This document shows, piece by piece, positions 56,414 through 64,000 of a DNA stretch of 64,000 nt; position 1 is the first letter of the stretch, and each line of letters starts with the position of its first letter. The position numbers were made by a program, and so were the translations under genes. Origin of the DNA: a virus; IMG/VR virus record IMGVR_UViG_3300020048_000039, positions 32,001-96,000 of that record; one strand, written 5' to 3'. Below the pieces are notes generated by a model. It saw nothing but the letters and a program-made list of their open reading frames with translations. It had not been told where the DNA came from and made no database searches.

Positions 56414-57796
56414 ATGGACGGAAAAATTAGGATTTTATATCATAATCTTGATGGAGCAGGTGTTAATTATTTTAGAACACTAACACCAGCAATGGAACTC
56501 GAAAGAAATCATTCAGATGAATTTTACGTGGAGATTAACCCCACATTGGATTTTAACGACCCAACAATCGTTGATTACTTGAAATCATTTCACATTATAC
56601 ATTATCATCGTCAATTTTTAAATGACAGTAAGCAGATGTTAAACTTAGCAAATGAGTTAAGGAAATCAGGAACTGTTCTGATAGTGGATATTGATGACTA
56701 CTGGCAATTGCATAAGAAACATCCATATTATCATATGAGTCTCGAAAATAACCTTGCACAGCCAATTATCGAAAATCTTAAAATTGCTGATTATGTTACG
56801 ACAACAACCGATGTTTTTGCAGAAGAAATTCGTAAAATAACTGGTAGAGAGAATGTTGAGGTACTTTACAACTCAATTGACCCTACATGGATGAAACAAT
56901 TCCAGAATAATTGGACTGCTGACACTGATGGTCGTGTTAGAATTACTTATATGGCTGGTTCTTCCCACATGGGTGACGTTGAGCAACTTGAAGGCGTAAT
57001 GAATGTATTGTCATCAGACCCTGACCTTAAAGATAAGTTCAAAGTCATTATTGCTGGTTGGGACACAGAGGGTTCAACGACTGACATTACGTTTAATCAG
57101 GAGTTTGGAACTGAGCTACAGAAAAAGGGTTTGTGGACTAATGAAATCGTGAAAGCAATTAATAATTCAAAGGGAGATATTGATAAGATACTACATTTGC
57201 CTGCATCAATAAAAGAAAAATACAGAGGTAAAATATTTGACCAAAAGCAAAGAGATATTGCTTCGGAAGAAAGTGTTTATCTTGTGTATGAAAACATATT
57301 AACAGATAATCATCGTATGATTAAAAATCCCGATTATTTGGAATGGCTTGGCAATTATGAAAGAAATGTAAACTATGAAGATGAAGGAAACTTTGCCAGA
57401 CGTTGGACACAAAAAGCCAACACGTATGCACAAGTATTGGATGAAACCGATATTGTCATTGCACCACTTGCAAAAAATTCATTCAACTCAATGAAATCAA
57501 ATTTGAAACAGGTTGAGTGTTGGACACGTAAACTTCCAATTGTTTGTTCAGATGTCGTGCCTTATAATGTACATGGGAAGCACATGGAAAATTGTGTGTT
57601 AATTCCATCAGAAAAGAACGCATACAAATACTGGCAAAAGTATTTAAAGAAACTAATATTAGATGCTGATTTAAGAAAAAGACTCGGTGAACAGCTATAT
57701 GAAGACTTTAAAGAAGAGTATAACTTAGCATACGTAACGGCAAAACGTGCTGAATTTTATAAAGCATGCGTTGCCAAAACATTAGAACTCGCATAA
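56414..57796 (+). CDS. glycosyltransferase, GT-B fold (GT4-like)
   Basis: IVDIDDYW, ADYVTTTT, NSID, DIVIAPL..NSFNSMKSNLK.VE...LPIVCSDV.PY. Confidence 0.8.
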   Translation: MDGKIRILYHNLDGAGVNYFRTLTPAMELERNHSDEFYVEINPTLDFNDPTIVDYLKSFHIIHYHRQFLNDSKQMLNLANELRKSGTVLIVDIDDYWQLHKKHPYYHMSLENNLAQPIIENLKIADYVTTTTDVFAEEIRKITGRENVEVLYNSIDPTWMKQFQNNWTADTDGRVRITYMAGSSHMGDVEQLEGVMNVLSSDPDLKDKFKVIIAGWDTEGSTTDITFNQEFGTELQKKGLWTNEIVKAINNSKGDIDKILHLPASIKEKYRGKIFDQKQRDIASEESVYLVYENILTDNHRMIKNPDYLEWLGNYERNVNYEDEGNFARRWTQKANTYAQVLDETDIVIAPLAKNSFNSMKSNLKQVECWTRKLPIVCSDVVPYNVHGKHMENCVLIPSEKNAYKYWQKYLKKLILDADLRKRLGEQLYEDFKEEYNLAYVTAKRAEFYKACVAKTLELA

Positions 57797-57797
57797 T

Positions 57798-58781
57798 ATG
57801 GGAAGAAGATTCAAGAAAATATTGCTATGGATTTATCTTAAAATTCACTTGACCTTAGTGAACATCAGTATTGCGTTATATAATACTGAGGAAGAGATAC
57901 TTAAAGCCGACCCGTTTGATTTAAAGGAAGGTGATAAGAAAATCCAGAGAATGCGTCATAGAAATCAGGTACTGGAAAAGTTCTATGCTGGAAAGCGTGA
58001 TGAAAAATATGTACAGGATTTCTATGAAATTCTAAAAGGAGCAGATAAATTCATGAAAAATTCTACACAACAACAATTTGCTGTTGCAACAGATAAACAC
58101 TTACGTTTCACAGGGAAGGACGAGTCTGGAAGACGTTATGATACGTATGGCTATTTCGATAATAAACACAAACATGCAGGTAAGACACTTGGTGAGGTAC
58201 TGGCATTAGAGTTTGAAGAAAGACGTACAAAAGACGATAATTATGATTTGCTTTATATCTTTGAGAACCAACCAATTGAAGTTGGACTTGCAAAAATAAT
58301 GGATGTTGTCGAAAAAACCGACAAAACAATTGAAGTTCCAGAAGTTATTTATACTGCTTCGGAAGATGGTGGATTAAATGAACGTCTTACTGGTGATAAA
58401 ATTTCAGAAAACATATTCGAAGTGAAGGATAATTTAAAAAAATCTCAGTCATTCGAATTTCCAATTAAAGCGTTTCGTGATGATGAAAACATTGTCAATA
58501 AAATAGAACAATTAGCTGATTGTGTACATGTTAAGCAGACTGCTTTTGAATACAGACAATTAGAGTTTTTTATACCTGTGAAGTATAAAACAGAAGAAAT
58601 TACAGAAGATTCACAAATATTCTTGGATTTGATAAATATTAAAGGTATCTTTGTCAAAAATAAGTACGGAGAGATAATTGGATTTGGTATCACCAAGTTC
58701 ATAAAAAGAATGAAACATAACAGTACACATGAAGTATGGAAGTTCGATGGAATTGAAATGCAGAATGTAGGATTATTTTAA
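57798..58781 (+). CDS. hypothetical protein
   Basis: 327-aa ORF; no motif recognised. Confidence 0.75.
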   Translation: MGRRFKKILLWIYLKIHLTLVNISIALYNTEEEILKADPFDLKEGDKKIQRMRHRNQVLEKFYAGKRDEKYVQDFYEILKGADKFMKNSTQQQFAVATDKHLRFTGKDESGRRYDTYGYFDNKHKHAGKTLGEVLALEFEERRTKDDNYDLLYIFENQPIEVGLAKIMDVVEKTDKTIEVPEVIYTASEDGGLNERLTGDKISENIFEVKDNLKKSQSFEFPIKAFRDDENIVNKIEQLADCVHVKQTAFEYRQLEFFIPVKYKTEEITEDSQIFLDLINIKGIFVKNKYGEIIGFGITKFIKRMKHNSTHEVWKFDGIEMQNVGLF

Positions 58782-58793
58782 AACCAAATACAC

Positions 58794-59228
58794 ATGGCAT
58801 CAGATTTTTTAAAAAATTTACAAAAAACCGTTGACTCAGGCGAGTTTAACTCAGAAGCAGCAAAAAAAATAAATGAGCTTACTAACCTTGTTGAAACCAA
58901 AAATTATGATAGGGATGCTCTTGACAAAGCATATGAGGAACTGAAAAAGGTTCAACCTGAAATCATTACCGAAGAAGAAGCAGCATCACTTAAAATGGCA
59001 TATGATGAAAAAATGCTCGAAATTAAGAAACAGGATGCTGTTAATGCACAAATTGCTACTCTTATTGATATTGAAGATATAGTTAAAGCAAGCATTGCAG
59101 ACATGTTTAGCTTTATAGATGAACTTGATGAACAATTTACAAAAGAGTTTGAGGCAGAAGACCCATTTTTTGGCGACTTACACCTTAAAATTGAACAATT
59201 GAAATCCAAATACAAATCACTAATTTAA
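58794..59228 (+). CDS. hypothetical coiled-coil protein
   Basis: 144-aa, acidic and helical. Confidence 0.7.
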   Translation: MASDFLKNLQKTVDSGEFNSEAAKKINELTNLVETKNYDRDALDKAYEELKKVQPEIITEEEAASLKMAYDEKMLEIKKQDAVNAQIATLIDIEDIVKASIADMFSFIDELDEQFTKEFEAEDPFFGDLHLKIEQLKSKYKSLI

Positions 59229-59242
59229 AACAAAAACAATTT

Positions 59243-59707
59243 ATGGCAAAATTTGAAGTAGCATCCGAAGATGTAGAAAAAATCTTCGATGAAGTACGTG
59301 ACAACACGACAATTCCCCATTGGGTAGAGTTTAAGGTTCTCTGTAACAACAAACAAAAAGAGGTTTGTAAGCTCGTTAAATCAACAGACCTTGTGGAACT
59401 TCTTACAGAAGGACTGAATTTCGCAGTTATCATCAACGAAGAAATTTTTGATGAACTCCCAACCGACATGAAAATCATGGTAATTGATGAATGTCTTGCA
59501 GGTGTCGCAGTAAGTGATACTGATGCATTGTCAGTAGAAAAAACAAACTTTAATACACACAGAGGTGTATTGCAGAAATATGGTGGAGATAAAATCATTG
59601 TACTTCATGAATCGATTAAGAGTCTTTATGACGCAAAGAAACAGAAGGAAGATGAAGCCAAAGCCATAACAAAGGGTAAGAAGGGCAGAAAACCAAAGGC
59701 AGAATAG
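59243..59707 (+). CDS. hypothetical protein, possibly phage metallopeptidase-like with a degenerate site
   Basis: FAVIINEEIFD.L.....VIDECLAG resembles that fold but lacks HExxH. Confidence 0.45.
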   Translation: MAKFEVASEDVEKIFDEVRDNTTIPHWVEFKVLCNNKQKEVCKLVKSTDLVELLTEGLNFAVIINEEIFDELPTDMKIMVIDECLAGVAVSDTDALSVEKTNFNTHRGVLQKYGGDKIIVLHESIKSLYDAKKQKEDEAKAITKGKKGRKPKAE

Positions 59708-59730
59708 TTATTTTTTGTTTTATATTATGG

Positions 59731-59759
59731 AAATCCAGACAAGTTGTCTGGATTTTTTT
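59731..59759 (+). terminator. intrinsic terminator
   Basis: AAATCCAGACAA/TTGTCTGGATTT plus T-run. Confidence 0.75.
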
Positions 59760-59792
59760 GTTTATAAGTATTTATAGAAAAACTAATTATAA

Positions 59793-60191
59793 ATGAACAC
59801 ATATAATATTAAGTTTCCCCTTACTGATGATGTTGTAACAAACACGTTTTTCCAATTAACTCAAGTAACTAAAGATGCACTTCGTTCCGATTTAGTATTG
59901 CTTTTACTTACTCAAAGGGGTGAAAGATATTATGAACCAGACTACGGTACAAATTTATTGAAATATTTATTTGAACCAAACGATACTTCAACAGCACAAG
60001 ATATTGAAGAGGAAATTAAAAGAACTGTTTCACTATACATTCCAGTACTTACAATTAATAAAGTTACGTTTAATTGGAATGTTGATGATAGTGGCGAACC
60101 AATACCAGAAACACAACTAAATGTTAATGTTAAATTTACATATAGTGAAGATGTGTTTAGTGAAGGTGGCGAATTAGATTTAAATTTTTAA
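59793..60191 (+). CDS. baseplate wedge protein, gp25/GPW-like
   Basis: LLLLTQRGERYYEPDYGTNL..YLFEP. Confidence 0.85.
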   Translation: MNTYNIKFPLTDDVVTNTFFQLTQVTKDALRSDLVLLLLTQRGERYYEPDYGTNLLKYLFEPNDTSTAQDIEEEIKRTVSLYIPVLTINKVTFNWNVDDSGEPIPETQLNVNVKFTYSEDVFSEGGELDLNF

Positions 60192-60201
60192 AATATAAGA
60201 T

Positions 60202-62043
60202 ATGGCAACAACAGATACAACAACGAATGTAATCAGATATGGCTCAAGAACATTTAGCGAAATCAGAACTGACTTAATATCGTTAATTAGACAAACTTAT
60301 CCCGAAGTTCTTTCAGACTTCACAGATTCAAGCGTTGGTGCAATGCTTATTGATTTAAATGCTGGTGTAGCCAATAATTTAAGCATAAATACCGATAGAG
60401 TATTTCAGGAGACCCAACTTGAATATGCACAGCAAAGAGCATCAATTCTTAATATTGCAAAAAACATGGGATTTAATATTCCAGCAAACAGACCATCTGT
60501 AACGGTTGTTGATTTTACTGTCTTAATTCCAGTTTTAGGTAATAGTCCAGATGCTTCATATTATCCTACTTTAACTGCTGGAGCACAAGTGATTGGTGGT
60601 GGAAAGATATTTGAAACACAAAATACTATTGATTGGAACTCACCATATAGTGAAATGGGAGACCCTAACCGTAAATGGATTCCTAACTTTAATTCAAATG
60701 GTATTATTATAAATTATAGTGTTACTAAAAGAGAAGTAGTGTTTAATGGCAGTACATCAATATATAAAAGAGTTATTAGTAGTAGTGATGTTACGCCATT
60801 TTTTAAAATTGTTCTTCCAGACCCAAATGTAATTGAAATAGATAGTATTATTTTAGTTGAAGGAACAAATGTTGAAACTCCAACTGCCGATGTGTTTAGT
60901 TCTTCACCAAATAGATATTATGAAGTGGATTACTTGGCTCAACAAAAGGTATTTGTTGAGAATACTTCGGCAGTAAAAGATATTTCAGGTGTTAAGGTTG
61001 CTCGTTGGCTTGATGTTACAAAGAAATTTATAAAGGAATTTACGACAAATGGATATTGCCAGATAACTTTCGGCAGTGGTGATTCAGATGCCAACGCATT
61101 TAAATCAGGTTTCCTTAAAGAAGGCGTAAGTAACAAATATTTTCTCGAAAACTTTTTAAATAACACTGCATTAGGTGAGAAACTAAAAGCAAATTATACT
61201 TTGTTCATTAAATATAGAACAGGTGGTGGAAGTACATCTAATGTTGGCGCACAAGTACTGACACAATTAGGCAACTACGAATTAATATGTAATGGTGCAC
61301 GTCAGGATTATAAACAAAATGTTGTTAGAAGCTTAACCGTAAATAACCCAATTCCTGCAATTGGTGGTAATGATGGACTTAGCACTGAGCAAATCAGACA
61401 GTTAATAAAATACAATTTTTCTTCACAGAATAGGGATGTTACGCTAAGTGACTACTTATTGCAGATATATAAGATGCCGGGTAAATATGGCTCACCATTC
61501 CGTGCCAATTCATCTAAGGTTGATAATAAGGTAGTTATCTCCGTATTGGATATCGCTGCCGATGGAACACTTTCAAATTCGAGTAATACGTTACTTAAAG
61601 ACAATATCACTGAATATCTAAGTAATTTCAGAATGATGAACGACTACATTGAAGTTAAGGACGGTAGAATATTTAACTTAGCATTTGATATTGATGTATA
61701 TGTCGAAAATACTGCCGACAATACTATCGCCAATACTATCATAACATTAGTTAGGGATTATATGAACATCAACAATTATGAAATGAACCAAAATATTTTC
61801 CTTGGTAAATTACAAAGAGAAATAATGGATGCAAATGGTGTTATAAATGTTATTGACATTAAAGTATATAATAAAGTTGGTGGTCAATATTCAACCAATC
61901 CAGTTTCACAAGAATTGGTGAGTACAACTACTGGTGAGATAAAAATAATTAACAACACAATTTATTCTGCTCAAGACTCAATGTTCGAAATTAAATTCCC
62001 AACAAAAGATATTAGAGTATTTCTAAGGAAGAATGTTATATAA
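60202..62043 (+). CDS. baseplate wedge protein, T4 gp6/baseplate J-like
   Basis: DFTDSSVGAMLIDL, QETQLEYAQQRASILNIAKNMG, QITFGSG, GGNDG...QNRDVT..DY. Confidence 0.82.
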   Translation: MATTDTTTNVIRYGSRTFSEIRTDLISLIRQTYPEVLSDFTDSSVGAMLIDLNAGVANNLSINTDRVFQETQLEYAQQRASILNIAKNMGFNIPANRPSVTVVDFTVLIPVLGNSPDASYYPTLTAGAQVIGGGKIFETQNTIDWNSPYSEMGDPNRKWIPNFNSNGIIINYSVTKREVVFNGSTSIYKRVISSSDVTPFFKIVLPDPNVIEIDSIILVEGTNVETPTADVFSSSPNRYYEVDYLAQQKVFVENTSAVKDISGVKVARWLDVTKKFIKEFTTNGYCQITFGSGDSDANAFKSGFLKEGVSNKYFLENFLNNTALGEKLKANYTLFIKYRTGGGSTSNVGAQVLTQLGNYELICNGARQDYKQNVVRSLTVNNPIPAIGGNDGLSTEQIRQLIKYNFSSQNRDVTLSDYLLQIYKMPGKYGSPFRANSSKVDNKVVISVLDIAADGTLSNSSNTLLKDNITEYLSNFRMMNDYIEVKDGRIFNLAFDIDVYVENTADNTIANTIITLVRDYMNINNYEMNQNIFLGKLQREIMDANGVINVIDIKVYNKVGGQYSTNPVSQELVSTTTGEIKIINNTIYSAQDSMFEIKFPTKDIRVFLRKNVI

Positions 62044-62810
62044 TGGAAGTAATAAAAAAAACTATACTACAAGTACTTACAACTGGTATAACTGCTACTA
62101 CATCTGGAAATAAGTATATTATTATTCCAGATACTGGTGCAACTTATTCCATGACGTTTGGAATAGTCTCAAGTGATGAAGAAATAGGTTTTTTTGATGC
62201 ATATACGTTTAATGACCCATATTATTACTATGATGTATCTGGTGATACTAATATGGCAAAATTTGAATCAATGTTAAGTGGTGGCACAGGTGTTCCACCA
62301 ATCTTATATGATAGCGGTGGATATGCAACTACGGATGAATTTACTGGCGATACCGTAACATATGTTGAGGTAACAGGTACATCACTAAGTAGGTTATCTG
62401 AATTGAGAAAGTATACAATTACGAATGTTTTCTCAAAACAATATATTACTGGTGGTACAACTAATGTTGATGGCGTTGATGTTGCTGTATCGAATACGGG
62501 GTCAAGTATAACATATTATCTCAGTGGCATTAAATATATTGATGTGATTAGTGGTGCTTCATCTGGAATTACTTATAATATTTTTACACCACAAGGAATT
62601 ACGAGTGCAAACTTTATTGATGTACCATATTATAAAAACCCCAATAAAGAGAATATTATTAGTCAGCCAAATATTGATGATGATGTATTTATAGTTAGAC
62701 AGGAAACATCAGCATTTGAGAATAACTATAGACTTGAATACATTAAAAATTTAAGTGATTTAATCACATATGCTGGTGGAAATTACTTCAACATAATAAA
62801 CAACTCATAA
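62043..62810 (+). CDS. putative baseplate/virion protein
   Basis: Coupled to the gp6-like gene; T/G/Y-rich. Confidence 0.55.
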   Translation: MEVIKKTILQVLTTGITATTSGNKYIIIPDTGATYSMTFGIVSSDEEIGFFDAYTFNDPYYYYDVSGDTNMAKFESMLSGGTGVPPILYDSGGYATTDEFTGDTVTYVEVTGTSLSRLSELRKYTITNVFSKQYITGGTTNVDGVDVAVSNTGSSITYYLSGIKYIDVISGASSGITYNIFTPQGITSANFIDVPYYKNPNKENIISQPNIDDDVFIVRQETSAFENNYRLEYIKNLSDLITYAGGNYFNIINNS

Positions 62811-62813
62811 ACA

Positions 62814-63647
62814 ATGGGAAATCAACACACATCTAAGCCATACACAGAATTAGAACTTAATGAAATTGTTTCGTTCTATAAATCTGGTATGTCATTTACT
62901 ATGATTGGTAAATTATTTAAAAGACAGAAAAACACAATAAAAAGCATTGTTGTTAATTCTGGCGTTTGGGTTGAAAATAGAAATGATGTAAAAATTATCT
63001 TTAACGATAAAGAAATTGAAACAATAAAAAAAATGTATACGATTGACATGTTAAATACTACTGCAATTGGTAAACATTTCAATGTTTCATCAACACCAAT
63101 AAGAAAAGTACTAAAAAATGCTGGTTTATTGAGAATAGGGAAAAGTAATGGACAAAAAATTATTCTATCAGAAGAACAAAAGAAAAAAATTGTAAATTTA
63201 TACTTAAATGAATATAAAAATACATTTGAAATTGGTGAAATTATTGGATGTTCAAGTAGCTATATTAATAATGTCTTAATTAAAATTAGATGTTTAAGAA
63301 CTAAAAGTGGTGGTGCTTCCGTTGGATTAGTTAAACGTTTTAGTGGCGTTAATTACGATGAATATCTTTTAAAATTGCCAGAACAAGAAAAATATAGAAG
63401 GAAAGTAATTGCTTTGACTAATAAGCAACCAATTAAAACATTAAATAATTACGAAAAGCGAGGTGTTAGTGGCATTGATGGCGCATATCATTTAGACCAT
63501 AAATATTCTATATTGGAAGGTTTTAAAAATAATATTGAACCAAACATTATTGCAAGTTTGAATAATCTTGTATTTATATCTTGGAAAGAAAATGTGAGTA
63601 AACGCACAAAATGTTCAATAAGTAAAGAGCAATTAATAAATATTTAA
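62814..63647 (+). CDS. putative HNH homing endonuclease with repeated HTH-like N-terminus
   Basis: Three helix-turn-helix-like repeats; YHLDHKYSI....NNL..ISWKENVSK. Confidence 0.65.
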   Translation: MGNQHTSKPYTELELNEIVSFYKSGMSFTMIGKLFKRQKNTIKSIVVNSGVWVENRNDVKIIFNDKEIETIKKMYTIDMLNTTAIGKHFNVSSTPIRKVLKNAGLLRIGKSNGQKIILSEEQKKKIVNLYLNEYKNTFEIGEIIGCSSSYINNVLIKIRCLRTKSGGASVGLVKRFSGVNYDEYLLKLPEQEKYRRKVIALTNKQPIKTLNNYEKRGVSGIDGAYHLDHKYSILEGFKNNIEPNIIASLNNLVFISWKENVSKRTKCSISKEQLINI

Positions 63648-63650
63648 ACT

Positions 63651-64000
63651 ATGGCGACAGGCATCATGGGTATAACAAGACCCTCAGACGTAAGTATCAA
63701 TGATATTGAAATGTATTTTAATTATGCAGTAGATAGATACTCACCAAATAATACAATTGTTACGTTAAATCCTTCGGAAGTACTAAGTTATTGTACATTA
63801 CCGTCAGGTGACACTAATTATGTTGGTGGTTATGAAAATCTATTAGAAGGATTATATAATTTAACACTACCTGCTTCAACATTTAATCGATTGGGGATTT
63901 ACACAATTTACATTAAACCTAAAATGGTCACAACTACAATTGTCGATTGTAGTGTTTTATCTGCTTTACCTACAGTAAAGGGAATAGTCCTCAATGGTTC
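63651..64000 (+). CDS. putative structural protein, truncated by the window end
   Basis: ATG 63651 opens MATGIMGITRPSDVSINDIEMYFNY..., with no stop before 64000; not in the ORF track. Confidence 0.7.
   Translation, partial: MATGIMGITRPSDVSINDIEMYFNYAVDRYSPNNTIVTLNPSEVLSYCTLPSGDTNYVGGYENLLEGLYNLTLPASTFNRLGIYTIYIKPKMVTTTIVDCSVLSALPTVKGIVLNG

Noticed and set aside
1112-63082. All minus-strand ORFs and the remaining short overlapping plus-strand ORFs in the track
   Set aside because: They lie wholly opposite or inside well-supported genes and have no recognisable motifs. Only the 35244-36095 nested ORF has clear domain content
1-64000. Stop-codon reassignment, as seen in some large phages
   Set aside because: Long genes are intact under code 11, and TAA, TAG (e.g. 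10934) and TGA (e.g. 52962) all end genes at sensible boundaries; no suppressor tRNA was seen

Overview
A 64 kb segment of a large, AT-rich dsDNA tailed phage, probably a contractile-tailed jumbo-type phage with a T4-like replication module. Every credible gene is on the + strand and uses the standard code. The order is: putative head/internal proteins (1-6.5 kb); replication genes (gp32-like SSB, UvsX/RecA, 5'-3' exonuclease, DnaB-like helicase); a tRNA-Met(CAT) without encoded CCA; a ~20 kb cluster of modular, Cys-rich tail fibre/spike paralogues with an embedded glycosyltransferase; an intein-containing SNF2 helicase, a QueC-like enzyme and a family B DNA polymerase; more putative head proteins (NUDIX, WYL); a 2166-aa polyvalent protein followed by HAD, receiver and ParB-like genes; a second glycosyltransferase; and baseplate genes (gp25- and gp6-like). 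Four free-standing endonuclease genes are interspersed. TTG-N19-21-TAnnTTTG promoters and the lack of Shine-Dalgarno sites point to a Bacteroidota host, and a GTATTTAT box upstream of about 19 genes looks like the phage late promoter. Three observations stand out. (1) A complete Zn-ribbon/DUF559-type endonuclease gene is overprinted in the +1 frame inside the helicase intein, whose own frame stays open, with a candidate late promoter embedded upstream. (2) The 2166-aa protein looks like a protease-cleavable cargo polyprotein: five copies of an unrecognised NPKS domain, a CCA-adding enzyme, an ART and a 2H cyclic phosphodiesterase, joined by hydrophobic-X-Glu linkers. (3) With the adjacent HAD phosphatase it suggests a tRNA 3'-end healing and CCA re-addition system, and an internal host-type promoter could express its C-terminal part separately. 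All family assignments come from motif recognition by eye; no database searches were run.
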